Source of the DNA: Octopus sinensis
Lineage: Eukaryota
Direction of reading: 5' to 3'
Assembly (NCBI RefSeq): GCF_006345805.1
Contig: NC_043001.1
Coordinates: 126,232,001 to 126,296,000 of the forward strand
DNA: 64,000 bases
Notes under the pieces: model-generated
Told to the model about the DNA's origin: nothing
Database searches by the model: none
Seen by the model: the letters and a program-made list of their open reading frames with translations, nothing else
Translations under genes and position numbers: made by a program
In this document: piece by piece, positions 11,905 through 26,223 of the stretch
Numbering within the stretch: position 1 is the stretch's first letter
How the letters are laid out: every line of letters starts with the position of its first letter

Positions 11905-12720
11905 AATAATGAAAGCAGCCAGACCAAGTTTTGAACAAAGGAAATTTTTCCTAAAATATTACTGGAAGCTTGAAAATGCAGTCGAAATGTAAAGACAGTC
12001 TAGGGGTGAGTTTCAGACAGATCCGCCAACGGGACTTACCATTACTCGAATGAGACATAAGCTTGAAGCCGATGAATAACCACAAGAATAGCCATAAGGC
12101 GGCGAGCTGGCAGAAACGTTAGCACGCCGGGTGAAATGCTTAGCGGTATTTCGTCTGCCGCTACGCTCTGAGTTCAAATTCCGCCGAGGTCGACTTTGCC
12201 TTTCATTCTTTCGGGGGTCGATTAAATAAGTACCAGTTACGCACTGGGGTCGATATAATCCACTTAATCCGTTTGTCTGTCCTTGTTTGTCCCCTCTGTG
12301 TTTAGCCCCTTGTGGGTAGTAAAGAAATAGGTATTTTGTCTGCCGTTACGTCCTGAGTTCAAATTCCGCCGAGGTCCACTTTGCCTTTCATCCTTTCGGG
12401 GTCGATAAATCAAGTACCAGTTATGCACTGGGGTTGATGTAAGCGACTTAATCCGTTTATCTGTCCTTGTTTGTCCCCTCTATATTTAGCCCCTTGTGGG
12501 CAATAAAGAGATAAGAAGAGCCACAATAATCGTCCCGGAGCACCGCAAACATCGACGATTTCTGCATAGCAAGAAAGGCTGCAAGGAACCTAATGCCAGT
12601 GTTCAAGAAAATTATGCTGCAAGCGAGTCATAAGATAGAAATTTCAAATATTCTAGCAGCAGGGAAAAGAATTCTGTTTAAAGCAACAATTCACCAAGAA
12701 TGCTCTTTCTCTTTCATTGA
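11905..12720 (+). pseudogene. Tc1/mariner-superfamily transposase N-terminus (DUF4817-like HTH), interrupted by a SINE dimer
   Basis: MKAARPSFEQRKFFLKYYWKLENAVEM*RQSRGEFQTDPPTGLTITRMRHKLEAD, resuming after the SINE with RQASHKIEIS-like sequence. Confidence 0.65.
12099..12515 (+). mobile_element. SINE family B, head plus two body units
   Basis: GGCGGCGAGCTGGCAG head, GAGTTCAAATTCC B box, and the GAGGTCGACTTTGCCTTTCATCC domain twice. Degraded TSD AAGAATAGCCATA/AAGAAGAGCCACA. Confidence 0.9.
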
Positions 12721-12902
12721 TGAAGCTTGATATTTAAATATGTGTGTGTGTGTGTATGTATGTGTATTTGTGTGTGTATGTATATATATTTGTGTGAGTA
12801 TGTATGTATGTATGTATGTATGTATGTATGTATGTATGTATGTATGTATGTATGTATGTATGTATGTATGTATATTTGTGTGCGTATGTGTATGTATGTA
12901 TG

Positions 12903-13295
12903 TCTCCTCTATTTTTTAATTATTATAAATCTTGCACCGAGGAAGGAGCCGGTTTCCAACCAAGATACAAGGCTCCATCTTTGGGATGTAGTTAACACGG
13001 ACAAATTCACATTTGGATCTTGAGAAAAGTCTTGCATATTTTTACTGTTCCACTCACTTGTTCCATCGCACTTGTAATGTACGAATTTGCCGGTCGAGTT
13101 CTCTTTCTGACAACCCCAGTTTATCCAGATTCTCCTTTAAGCATTTACTAACAAAACCTAGTGTTGCAATTATTATTGGTATGAATATGAATTCATAGTC
13201 TGGATATAAAAACTGGAGGTTTTGAAGCAGTTGTCCACAGATATCTTCTTTTTCTTTGATTTTCAGAGAGGTATATATATCTGCAGGGCAAATGC
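12903..13295 (-). mobile_element. 3' fragment of an RLE-type (R4/Dong-like) non-LTR retrotransposon
   Basis: CPAD...KEKEDI...L...YP...FIPIIIATLGFV..CL...L..LG resembles the C-terminus of R4/Dong-type restriction-like endonuclease ORFs. It is followed by a 3' UTR and is embedded in (CATA)n. Confidence 0.72.
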
Positions 13296-13532
13296 ATGTA
13301 TGCATATACGTATGTATGTATGTATGTATGTATGTATGTATGTATGTATGTATGTATGTATGTATGTATGTATGTATGTATGTATGTATGCATATACGTT
13401 ATGTATGTATGTATGTATGTATGTATGTATGTATGTATGTATGTATGTGTGTGTGTATGTATGTATGTATGTATGTATGTGTGTGTGTATGTGTGTGTGC
13501 GCGCGTGTATGCATTTATACATGTATGATGAA

Positions 13533-13855
13533 GGGGCGTAGCTTAGTGGTCAGGGTTGTTCGGCTCATGAACGTAAGGTTGTGAGTACGATTCCTGGCGG
13601 TGCGTTGTGTCCTTGAGCAAGATACTTTATTTCACGTTGCTCCAGTCCATTCACCTGGCAGAAATTAATTGTATCTGTATTTCAAAGGGGCCGACCTTGT
13701 CACATTCTGTATCACGCTGAATTCCCGTGAGACCCTACGTTAAGATCACGCATATCTGCGGAGTGCTCAGCCACTTACACGTTAATATCATGTGCAAACT
13801 TCTCCGTTAATCGGATTAACTGGAACACTCGTCGTTGTAACCGACGGAGTGCCAG
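13533..13855 (+). mobile_element. tRNA-derived SINE, family C
   Basis: GGGGCGTAGCTTAGTGGTCAGG A box and GAGTACGATTCC B box, then a GTGTCCTTGAGCAAGATACTTTATTTCACGTTGCTCCAG central block. A fragment of the same family lies reversed near 2500-2610. Confidence 0.8.
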
Positions 13856-14012
13856 TATGTATGATGAAAGCTATTTGCTTGATAGCATTTAGCGGAGAGT
13901 GGAACAGAATTTTAATAACATTATACGTGATTATAATAAGCGGCTTCCACAATGTGTGTGTGTGTGGTGTGTGTGTGTGTGCGTGCGTGTGTGTGTGTGT
14001 GTGCGTGCGTGT

Positions 14013-14051
<39 letters not shown>

Positions 14052-14357
14052 GTGTGTGTGCTTGCATGAGTAAATGTGAGGGTCAGTGAGAGAGACTACT
14101 TCTGTCGACTTCCACCCGGCAACAATCGGAGGAAAGGAAATACAGCACCACATAATTATTTGTAAGAAGAACGTCTGAACTCCCGGAACTGATATTAAGA
14201 AACATTAATCAGATTTAATTTATTCCATTTTAGTTTCCCTTTTATTTCAGTTTGACTAGATCATCATCTCAAAGCGATCGAAACCGGTAGCTGATTGGTT
14301 AGAAATGTAAATACTGTCTTACATTTTACCATGATAAAGTTCTGAACCCATTTTCCT

Positions 14358-14409
<52 letters not shown>

Positions 14410-14866
14410 CCACCACCACCACTACCACCAGAACCACCAACACCAACACCAACACCACCACCACCAATACCAACACCATCATCATCACCATCATCATCAT
14501 CATCATCATCATCATTATTATTTTTATTATTATTATTATTGTATATATATATATATAATATATATATATATAGCCGTAATATAATATGTGACAATTATTC
14601 AGTTGCCATAATAAGACTCCAAGTTTCGGATGTCGGGACGGAAATCTGCTCCGGCATCTCATCAATTATCGAGGCAATAAAAAAGTGCATTTTATATTAT
14701 ATTACAGATAAATTCCTCTATTTACATAATATCGAGGTCTCTTTCATTCTTTTCTTGTCTTACCATTACTATTACTATATATATATATATATATATAGAT
14801 ATTATATATATATAATATATACTTGTTCCACGTCCTCGTGTTGTTGTGTTTTCTCTTTGTGTTTTC

Positions 14867-14909
<43 letters not shown>

Positions 14910-16116
14910 CATGAAAACACAAAGACAAAACACAACAACACGAGGACGTGGAACAAGTATAGTGTTATTGGACGCTCAGGAAAGGAAAGAAAGAAGGAGG
15001 ATTTAACGTTTNNNNNNNNNNNNNNNNNNNNNNNNNNNNNNNNNNNNNNNNNNNNNNNNNNNNNNNNNNNNNNNNNNNNNNNNNNNNNNNNNNNNNNNNN
15101 NNNNNNNNNNNATCATAAATAAATAAAATAAATAATATAAGAGGTATAATCGTAACTATACACATGGAAAACAGATGAACCCAACCGATTGCACATACAG
15201 CATGCAGACATCTACCCCCCCCCCAAAAAAAACGACACCAAGGCCGCGGTATTAACTAGAAATCCACTCACATATTTCTAAAACATTAAATGCAAAGAAT
15301 ACATATAATTATTCAAGATAGAGAAAGTAATTTTTCATAAGGTACATAATTCATATGACACCGTCTTTTTTCGTAACCTAGTATTTTATAACTAAAAGTC
15401 CGCTAACTTAAACCGCTATTGCTATATTCAAATATACGCTAAATTATAAAGTATAGATTAAACATTTCCGTTTGACTATCAAAAGACTAGAAATATATAT
15501 ATACTAAGTTAACATCGGTTTATAATAATTAAATTATAAGAGATTAATTGTAAGAAGTCATTTAAGTCACGATAAATGGATTCAAGTAATCCGGAGATGT
15601 TCATAAAAAAGCTACTTAATGTATCACTCTACAAAACTAATAGAATATATAGTACACTACAAGACAAAATAATAAGGAGAGTGTAAAATCATAAATGACT
15701 GAGAAATAGTTTGATCAAATTTTATTTAACAGTAAGAAAATTCAAATATCACGACAAATTCTTTTGTAAATTAAAAACATGTAAATGATTTATATTATTA
15801 TATCTAATAATAAATAAATCCCTTTCATGTCTGTATTAATGTAAAATGCAAAACAAAAAAAAACTTCCAATCATCAGGATGTAGCTTATTTTCAAATATA
15901 TTCTGCATTTCGCATTAATGCAGACATGTACGTAATTTATATATTATTAAATATAATAGTATAAATTATCTACATGATGTTCAGTTACGAAACAATATGT
16001 CGTTATATTTGAATTTTCTTATTGCAAAATAAAATTTCATCAAGCTATTTCTCTGTCATTTACGACATATATGCGCGCGAGCTCGTGTTTGCGCGCGCAT
16101 GCGTAAACATCCTTAC

Positions 16117-16239
16117 CTGATGTTCCTTCACTTGCCAAATCTCTCTGTTTATTTTAATGTCACGTTGCCCTTTCTTTTGTATTTTCCAGCTGTTTTGTTT
16201 TTCATTCTGTTCTCCTTTATAAGTTGCACCTTGCCGCTT
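16117..16239 (-). other. Candidate host exon (123 nt, phase 0-0)
   Basis: Pyrimidine-rich acceptor GTTTTCTCTTTGGAGGTTTCCTTTCACACGTACAG and donor CAG/GTAAGG. One open frame: KRQGATYKGEQNEKQNSWKIQKKGQRDIKINREIWQVKEHQ. No homology recognised. Confidence 0.45.
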
Positions 16240-16324
16240 CTGTACGTGTGAAAGGAAACCTCCAAAGAGAAAACAACTGACCTGTCTTTGTTGTCTCGAC
16301 TTAAATTTGAATATTCAAAACAAA

Positions 16325-16395
<71 letters not shown>

Positions 16396-16498
16396 TGATA
16401 ATAAAGATAATAATAATAATAATAACAATAAATGATGATGATGATGATAATAATAATAATAATAATAATATAATAACAATAATATAATAATGATAGCG

Positions 16499-16572
<74 letters not shown>

Positions 16573-16600
16573 AATAATAATAATAATAATAATAATAATC

Positions 16601-16641
<41 letters not shown>

Positions 16642-16650
16642 AACAACACC
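16325..16650. repeat. (AAT)n/(GAT)n microsatellite
   Basis: Trinucleotide tracts seen directly. Confidence 0.95.
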
Positions 16651-16709
16651 AACAACAAAAACAATAAGTAAATGAATGAAATAAATACAAAGAGAAATAA
16701 ATCACTTAC

Positions 16710-16788
16710 AAAGAATGTAAATATTCTAACATGTCCTGTCGATGAAGTCAGCTGCTGGTGTGATGTCAAAGTTGTTTGAATAAAACAA
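16710..16788 (-). other. Candidate host exon (79 nt)
   Basis: Acceptor TGTTGTTCTTGTTTATAG and donor TTT/GTAAGT. The open frame CFIQTTLTSHQQLTSSTGHVRIFTFF is phase-compatible with 16117-16239. Confidence 0.35.
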
Positions 16789-17077
16789 CTATAAACAAGA
16801 ACAACATATAATATAACTTACAGTGGGAAGAATATGCGAATGGGTCACAGATAAGAAATTTGCCACTCCGCTACCCGTAGTCAGCACAAACAGGTTTTAT
16901 CACAATACATAATTGACAGCAGTGGTGCGGATAACCAAGTCGGGACCCCCTAGTAATGTATGCAAAAATACTGCTGTATCAAGTATTACAAAGCTCACGA
17001 ATTAGGGAAGGCTTGTTTGTTTTTGTTTCATTGATACATACATAGATACATAGACACGTACATACATACATACTTCA

Positions 17078-17108
<31 letters not shown>

Positions 17109-17472
17109 CATACATACATACATACATACATACATGCATACATACATACTTCATTACATACATGAATACATACATACATACATACATACATACATACATA
17201 CATACTTCTTACATACATAAATACATACATACATACTTCATTACATACATACATACATTCATTACATACATACATACATACAATACATACTTCATTACAT
17301 ACATACATACTTCATTACATACATACATCATACATACATACTTCATTAACATACATACATACATCATACATACATACTACACCTACATACATACATACAT
17401 CACTACATACATACGTACATACATACATACTACATACATACATACATACATACATACATACTTCCATACATA

Positions 17473-17875
17473 GGCGCAGGAGTGGCTGTGTGGTAAGTAG
17501 CTTGCTAACCAACCACATGGTTCCGGTTTCAGTCCCACTGCGTGGCACCTTGGGCAAGTGTCTTCTGCTATAGCCCCGGGCCGACCAATGCCTTGTGAGT
17601 GGATTGGTAGACAGAAACTGAAAGAAGCCTGTCGTATATATGTATATCTATATATACGTGGGTGTATGTGTTTGTGTGTCTGTGTTTGTCCCCCTAGCAT
17701 TGCTTGACAACCGATGCTGGTGTGTTTACGTCCCCGTCACTTAGCGGTACGGCGAAAGAGACCGATAGAATAAGTACTGGGCTTACAAAGAATAAGTCCC
17801 GGGGTCGATTTGCTCGACTAAAGGCAGTGCTCCAGCATGGTCGCAGTCAAATGACTGAAACAAGTAAAAAAGAAA
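17473..17875 (+). mobile_element. SINE family A, full length
   Basis: Well-preserved head, body and tail. Confidence 0.92.
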
Positions 17876-17954
17876 AAAAGAAAGAATATAGATATATAAT
17901 ATGATATTATGTACTATAATATATTATGTATGTATGTTGTATGTATGTATGTAG

Positions 17955-17998
<44 letters not shown>

Positions 17999-18689
17999 AT
18001 TCTTTTATTCTTTTACTTGTATTTCAGTCATTTGACTGCCGCCATGTTGTAAGTTACAGGGACATCAACACACCAGCATCACCTACTCGCTTTCACTTTT
18101 GTCAGATGCTTCCCGCATGCGTAGAATTTTACTGAAATAGCAAACTTAGAAAATACCAGCCCTCCACCACCAGAAAACCCGGCATGCTAGAAACAACAGG
18201 TAAACGACAATATTTCTGAAGAAACTTCCCCGCTTTCCAAGAAGCTAAAAGTGAAACATTGCAAGTGTGTAGCTTTTTGAAAGTGGTGAGGTGATGGGTT
18301 AAATTCTTAGAGATTCGTACTCTTGGTTTTTTTCTCCATGGATTACCAAGAAAAATATTTGAAAAAACTAAACTATAAATTTGGTGTAGAAAGGGAGAAA
18401 ATTAAAATATTGAGAACGTGTTTTGTGAGTGAAATCCTAATGTCCTGAATCGCAAGCATAGGAATCTGAAGGCTTGAAAGAAGGGGTAAAGGACAGGATT
18501 TCTGGGAAAACTTTCTTTTAAGTTTATATCGAAGATCAAGGTTTTTAAATATGCTCATCACAGACAAATTATGCAATAGGAAAAGATCATTTCAAATGGA
18601 TGTGAGCTTTAAATTTGCTCGTGCACAATGCAAGAAATAACATAATTCGCACAGAAGTTTTACCTAGAATCTGTGTGTGTGTGTGTGTG

Positions 18690-18722
<33 letters not shown>

Positions 18723-19632
18723 AAAAGAAGTTATTGCATGGCATTCTTTCGTTTAAAAGAAGCAAAATTGTCAACTCGACACATATGGGATCATATGATC
18801 GTTCGTTAATTTCGTAAAATTCTTTTAATTTCTTATGTTTTGGAGAGAGCAGAAATTGAAAGAGAGGATAAAATGAAAAAAAAGCGACATTTGCTTTGAA
18901 GTGAGAGGAGAAAGTAAAAGAGGGGAGAAAGCAGCAGCAAAACATCATCCGTCCAGCTGGATAGCATCTTTGAGAAAAGCCAAATCAGAGAAATTCGACT
19001 TGAGTAATGTAACTACACACGTGTTGTTAGTGATTTTTTTCTCCATCTTTGAACCTTTCCGTTCCATTCCGACGAAAAATTATGCCCGAAACGTCGAAAA
19101 CTTTCACTTCTTACCGAGTTTCAAACTAATACATTCCATGTACACGTCCTCTTGTTTGTTATTTAAATCTTTAATCTTCATGTATTTGATTTGAAATTTG
19201 ACTTAGTTCCTCCGAAAGAGGGCATGTGTGGAGATGAGGATGGGGAAGTATCGGTGTCAGACAGACTGAGAGTGATGTTTTTGTTTACATGAGAGGAAAA
19301 TGGTTTTCGGTCAGGCAGACACGGACTGCTTTAGAGGGAAATATATTTATAAAAGTAAAAATAAAAAGTAAAATAAAATTAAATATAAATTACAAGAAGT
19401 AGACCGGGGAAGTTATTTTGAATGAAGCAGACGATTACAGGTTGGTATGAATAGGGTAAACTGATGCATGAAGGGAACGAGCGGAAGGAGGTGTGGGGAG
19501 GGAAGCTAGGAAGGCAAGGGAAGCTGGAAAGTTAGATGTGAGAGAGAAAAGAAAAACATACACACACAGACGCTCGTACACTCACACACACAGAGAAGCA
19601 CACGTACACACACACGCATTACACACAGACAG

Positions 19633-19668
<36 letters not shown>

Positions 19669-19758
19669 CGTCCTGAACTCCATACTCACACACGAACAAA
19701 GAATAAATGATGGAAAATCCTGAAAAGTAACTTAAGAATATATACATATATTAAGAAT

Positions 19759-19791
<33 letters not shown>

Positions 19792-19856
19792 CTTACTTGT
19801 TTCTGCCATTAGACTGCGGCCATGCACCTATCCCTGTCAGTCTCAATCTACCTTTA

Positions 19857-19921
<65 letters not shown>

Positions 19922-19928
19922 ATCTATC

Positions 19929-19982
<54 letters not shown>

Positions 19983-20115
19983 CAGGTAGATAGATGAATA
20001 TAGATAGACCAGTATGTTAGAATCTAGGTATATTGGTAGGTGTATGTGTGTATATGTATAATATATGTGTGTATGTGTTTTAAGCTGTGTGTACGTATGT
20101 AATATATATAATGTG

Positions 20116-20147
<32 letters not shown>

Positions 20148-20175
20148 GAAATACATTTATATATATATATGTGTA

Positions 20176-20230
<55 letters not shown>

Positions 20231-20339
20231 ATATGTGTGTGTGGTGACGGTGGTCTTAATAGTCAGATGAAGGTAAAAGGGGTGCGCGTGTGTGTGGTAG
20301 CAGGTGTTTTGATAGCGTAGTCCAAAAGTAAAAGAGGGT

Positions 20340-20762
20340 TTAGTAACGTTGACCACGAAGATTGTGATGATAATGACGATGAAGATGATTGTCATGGAAG
20401 AGGCAGTGGTGTTGGTGGTGGCGAGGAGGAAGGTTATGATGATGGTGGTGGTGGTGGTGGTGATAGTAATAAACCACAATGATGATGATGATGATGATAA
20501 TGAAGATAACGATGATGGTAATGATGGTAATAATAATGATGATGACGATGATGATGATGATGATGTGATGATGATGAGGAGATGATGATGAGATGATGAT
20601 GATGTGATGACGATGACGATGATGAGATGTGTTGATGATGAGATGATTGATGTTGATAATGATGATGATGATGATGTGATGATGACGATGAACGATGATG
20701 ATGATGTGTTGATGATGATATGATGATGACGATGACGATGATGATGATGACGAGGATGATGA

Positions 20763-20808
<46 letters not shown>

Positions 20809-20927
20809 TTGATGATGATGATGATGAGTTGATAATGATGATGATGATGATGATGATGGACGATGACGATGATGATGATGTGATGATGATTATGATGATG
20901 ATGACGATGACGATGATGATGATGACG

Positions 20928-20990
<63 letters not shown>

Positions 20991-21070
20991 TTGATGATGA
21001 TTATGGTAATGCTAATGTCGATTATGATGTTATATTTGATTGTGAAAGACGATGTTAACGACGATGATAA
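20340..21070. repeat. Degenerate (GAT)n low-complexity tract
   Basis: About 730 bp of GAT/GAC/GGT triplets. Confidence 0.9.
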
Positions 21071-21925
21071 TAACGACAATGTTGTTCCCGGTTATTCTAC
21101 TGCTTCTCGTGATAACGATAATGTTGGGGGGGGGGGGGGTCACATGAAGATGAAGGTCATAATTCAGCTGCTGATTGTCAATGCCGAGGGTGGTGACGAC
21201 CAAGCAGAACGTACAGGAGGACGAAATTGCAAAAAAAAAAACAAAAAGAAAAAGAAAAATACAAAAGAATAATAGGCTAAGCCAATATTCCTATCCCTTA
21301 CACTGTTACCCCGTACAATACACCCACACTAAGCGACCTCCGCCTCTACCACTAACCCTACACATCATTAAGACTCTACTACTCTATGTACCAGATACCC
21401 TGCGCCTATCACATCTCTCCACACCCTGTCACTCGATGCAAATCTGGGGCTGCGAGGGGTGTTGTTGGTTTGCAAGGCCGTATTTTTAAACGTCCACGCC
21501 CATTCACCCTCTCCCGGCTTTAACGTACAATTCGTTTATCCGACACTTACTCGGCACCCAAGCGGCACTCGCCTCATACACATCCCGACTTCGACAGAGC
21601 CGTTAGAAAGACTGGGGCAAAGAGACAAGGGAAGAAATATGAAACTGAGGTAGAAGTGGTGGTGGTGGTGGTGGTGGTGGTGGTGGCGGTGTGGTGGTTG
21701 TAGTGGTGGTGGCAATAGTGCAATAGGAGGAGGGTAAAAGAAGAAAAAAAAAGAAAAAGTAGAGGAAAAAGAAGAATGAAGAGAGGAGAGAAGAAGAAAA
21801 GGAGGAGGCGGAGGAGAAGAAAAGCACTAACCTGTATCTCTGTTTTTCCATCTGTCAGCCTACGCATTTATTGAGATATACGTAGATGTATCGCTCTTCC
21901 TCTCACTTGTCTCAATCACCCCCCC

Positions 21926-21992
<67 letters not shown>

Positions 21993-22016
21993 ATAAGAGT
22001 AGACATACACATATAC

Positions 22017-22067
<51 letters not shown>

Positions 22068-22480
22068 CACACATACATACATACATACATACATACATAC
22101 ATACATACGTACATACATACATACATACATACATACATACGTACATACATACATACATACATACACGCGTACGTACGTGCATACGTAAACGGCCATTCAG
22201 TCTGATCTGTCCAGCTTAGCCTCTTTCTTGTCATCTGCTTTTGTAATGGTGTTATGCAAATGAGGTTCTACGTGTGTGGTATAACATTTATTGTGTAGTG
22301 GGTATTGGAGGAAGGATATGTATGTGTGCACAAAAGTGTGCCCGGCGTGTATGCAATACACTGCGTAATCGTGTGTGTTCATATAGGCGGACACGTGCGT
22401 AGGTGCTGTGTGTGTGTGAAGATGTGTGTATCTATCCACCCATCCATCCATCCATCCATCCATCCATCCATTCATCCATC

Positions 22481-22567
<87 letters not shown>

Positions 22568-22897
22568 CATCTATCTATCTATCTATCTATGTGCATGTGC
22601 GTGTGTGTGCGCGCGCGCTCATGTATGTATGTATGTATGTATGTATGTATGTATGTATATATATATATAATATATATATACATATACACATGCACGCGCG
22701 CGCGCTCGCACGCGCACACACACACATACATCAAAGAAGGGGCACAGTAAAGTACGACAACCAAAAATCGGACTCCGTAATGGGTTCCACTCTCCATTCT
22801 AGTGTCCATTTATTTCGACATTTTTGAAACGCGCCTCAGTCCTATAAAACATCGAATGCCACACTTTATTTCTACTTATCAAATATATATGTCTATC

Positions 22898-23022
<125 letters not shown>

Positions 23023-23057
23023 ATCTATTTTCTATCATATCTATATATATATGTATA

Positions 23058-23104
<47 letters not shown>

Positions 23105-23195
23105 TATATATATATGTATATATATGTAGATATATATATATATATATTATATATATATTATATATATCTATATTAGATATATGTATGTATATATA

Positions 23196-23244
<49 letters not shown>

Positions 23245-23350
23245 CACATATATATATATTGTTGAAGGCTTCGAATGTCTCATCCGTGTTTTTTGTATCG
23301 TCTTCTAAATGTTTTGCGTTCTTGTCCCAGTTTTTTTTTACATATATATA

Positions 23351-23423
<73 letters not shown>

Positions 23424-24519
23424 TAAATATATATATATATGCATACATATACATATACATATACATATATACTTATATACATATATGCATATATTGTATA
23501 TATACATACAAACATTCATACATATACACATATATGCATACATATGATATACGATATTTATACATATATATGATATATATGATATATATGATATATGATA
23601 TTTATACATATATATATATAAACATATTGGTGTGTTATCTCGCGTATAATAAACATTTTCGACATATATTTGAAGATGAAAAGACAGAGAACAGCGTACT
23701 TGAGTTACATGTGAAATATTAGATAAATCGAGCAAAGTATTGAAACTTCTCGCTTACCGAGAAATACCATCTTATTTTAGCCATCAAAGGAACACGTACA
23801 TCGTCGCTCGACCTCAGAGCAACAGCATTCGTAAATCACATCCTACTGCCGAAAATATGGTCGCTTGCGGTCCTAGATGCTCTGCTCTTGAAAAATATGG
23901 GTTGCTCACGGTTTGAAAACCCTTTACCCATCGGTCAAAAAATTAAGGCTAACCTTGAATGAAACTAAACAATAACAACAAATTTTATTGCACTTTTCTT
24001 CAGCCTTAAACATACTAAATGAAAATGTTTCAATCTGCCGATACCAATCTAAATTCCTTCTCGTGAATTTCAAGACACAGCTTCCTGATGCTTTTGTATA
24101 AAGCCTATTATTGCCGAGAGAACAGTAATCGCTACATAAACAGTTCAAAATTTCTTCTCAATACACTAATATTTTGAGTCTACCATAAGAACAAGCCGAT
24201 TGAACGAAACCTTAATTTGAGTTCAATGAAATTATATTTAATATACACATAAAATGTATTAGATACTGCACATATCTAATAAAAGCGTGTGTTGGTCACT
24301 GCTATCTTCAGAACGATAAAATAAAGTTTTATTCTAGGGATTTGTGTTTTTTTAGAGTGCAGGGCTTAATAGTTTGATACTTTCGCGTTAGCTTCCTTTT
24401 CCCTTTATTTTATTTCAATAATTTTTCATTCTGATTCTAGAAATATGCTAAATGAAAATCGTTACTAATAGTAAACATTCTTTTCTATTCTAAACACAAG
24501 GCCCGAAATTTTAGGGGAA

Positions 24520-24900
24520 GGGGGGGAGTCGATTAGAACTGGTACTTAATTTATCGACCCCGAAAGGATGAACGGCAAAGTCGACCTCGGCGGAATTTGA
24601 ACTCAGAACGTAACGACAGACGAAATACTGCTAAGCATCTCGCCCGGCGTGCTAACATTTCTTGCTAACGTTTCTTATTTCTGTATTGCCCACAAGGGGA
24701 TAAACATAGAGGGGATAAACAAGGACAGACAAAGGGATTAGGTCGATTACATCGACCCCAGTGCGTAACTGGTACTTAATTTATCGACCCCAAAAAGATG
24801 AAAGGCAAAGTCGACCTCGGTGGAATTTGAACTCAGAACGTAAAGTCAGACGAAACACCGGCAAGCATTTCGCCCGGCGCGCTAACATTTCTGCCAGCTC
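24520..24900 (-). mobile_element. SINE family B tandem pair
   Basis: Two head-to-tail copies carrying GGCAAAGTCGACCTCGG.GGAATTTGAACTCAG. Confidence 0.85.
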
Positions 24901-25653
24901 ACCAACTTATTAATGGTAAATGGCAATTGACGTTAAGCACATCTATAAGCAAACAGCACAGTTTAAACCCTTCGGCCAATAGCAGTTGTTTCCTCACAAC
25001 CTGCTGATGTACAGGGTTTCGATTGAACGAAACCTTGATTCAGATAGGTTCTTCTGATCAATTTGCGTATGACAAAACACGCATGTAAACACACACAAAC
25101 GCGAGTGCGTATGTGTATATACGTATATAAATCCATATAGCTGGAAGTAAGATTACCTAGATGGTAATTCTACGAACAAAGTAAAAATAGAAATCAATAT
25201 ATAGGTAGAACAAATACTTAATATGTAGGGTCACAGTTCCAAGATGCAGGGTTCCGTAATTCACAGTTTCATATTATTATTAGATATTCTTCAAACTGTG
25301 CTAGCTGATACAACAGATATCTTTTATTAATGGGCAACATCTGCAGAATATATAAGAGTAAAAACGGGAAGACCCTGAAAAACAGAAGCTGCGGTTATAA
25401 CCCTCTACACAGGCACTCACAGAAACGCTGACTCACACGCAATGCGCATACGCAGGCACGCTCCTCAACTCACCCACCATACACGTGATAGGTATAGAGA
25501 ACGATCGAAATTTTATTCTGACTGGTACTCTCCTCCATATATTGGAATTCTTGGACTAGAGTTAGGAGATTCGAATACCAGGACAAAATCATGCAGAGTA
25601 ATCTTCTTTGATATATAGCTATATATATGTATGTGTATGTGTGTGTTTGTGTG

Positions 25654-25688
<35 letters not shown>

Positions 25689-26130
25689 GTGCGTACACGA
25701 GTCTGTGTGTATTTGTGTGCATATATACTTATATACACATATATGTATGAATGTATGTATGTATGTAGGTAGATATAAAAACATAAATATGTATGTATAC
25801 ATGAATGTGTCTGTTGCCTTCCCTTCTATACGTAATGTAATACACACACACACACACACACACACACGTATATATATACATATATATATATATATATACA
25901 TATGTTTACATTCACATATATATATATGCATATATGTATATGTATAAGTGTGTGTGCGTGTGTGTGTATGTGTAGGGAATATGCATATACATCATTGCTA
26001 TTCATAAGTCACAAAGTCAAAAGTGAAACCAATTGAATGTTATTTGATGATGAAGCAGCGCAACATAGTTTTGTATCAGGAGCATAACTATATCTTCCAT
26101 CTAAGTCACATTGTATTTACATACATACAC

Positions 26131-26223
<93 letters not shown>

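Noticed and set aside
12180-12240. HDV-like ribozyme in the SINE B domain (GTCGACT/GGTCGAT could form P1 with a G-U wobble)
   Set aside because: No convincing P2, P3, P1.1 or J4/2 could be built by eye.
12940-12990. Hammerhead-like motif in the R4-like 3' UTR (GAAACCGG)
   Set aside because: There is no CUGAnGA core, and GGAGCC/GGCTCC forms a simple hairpin instead.
15012-15111. Run of 100 N
   Set aside because: It is an assembly gap of arbitrary size, and ORFs crossing it are meaningless.
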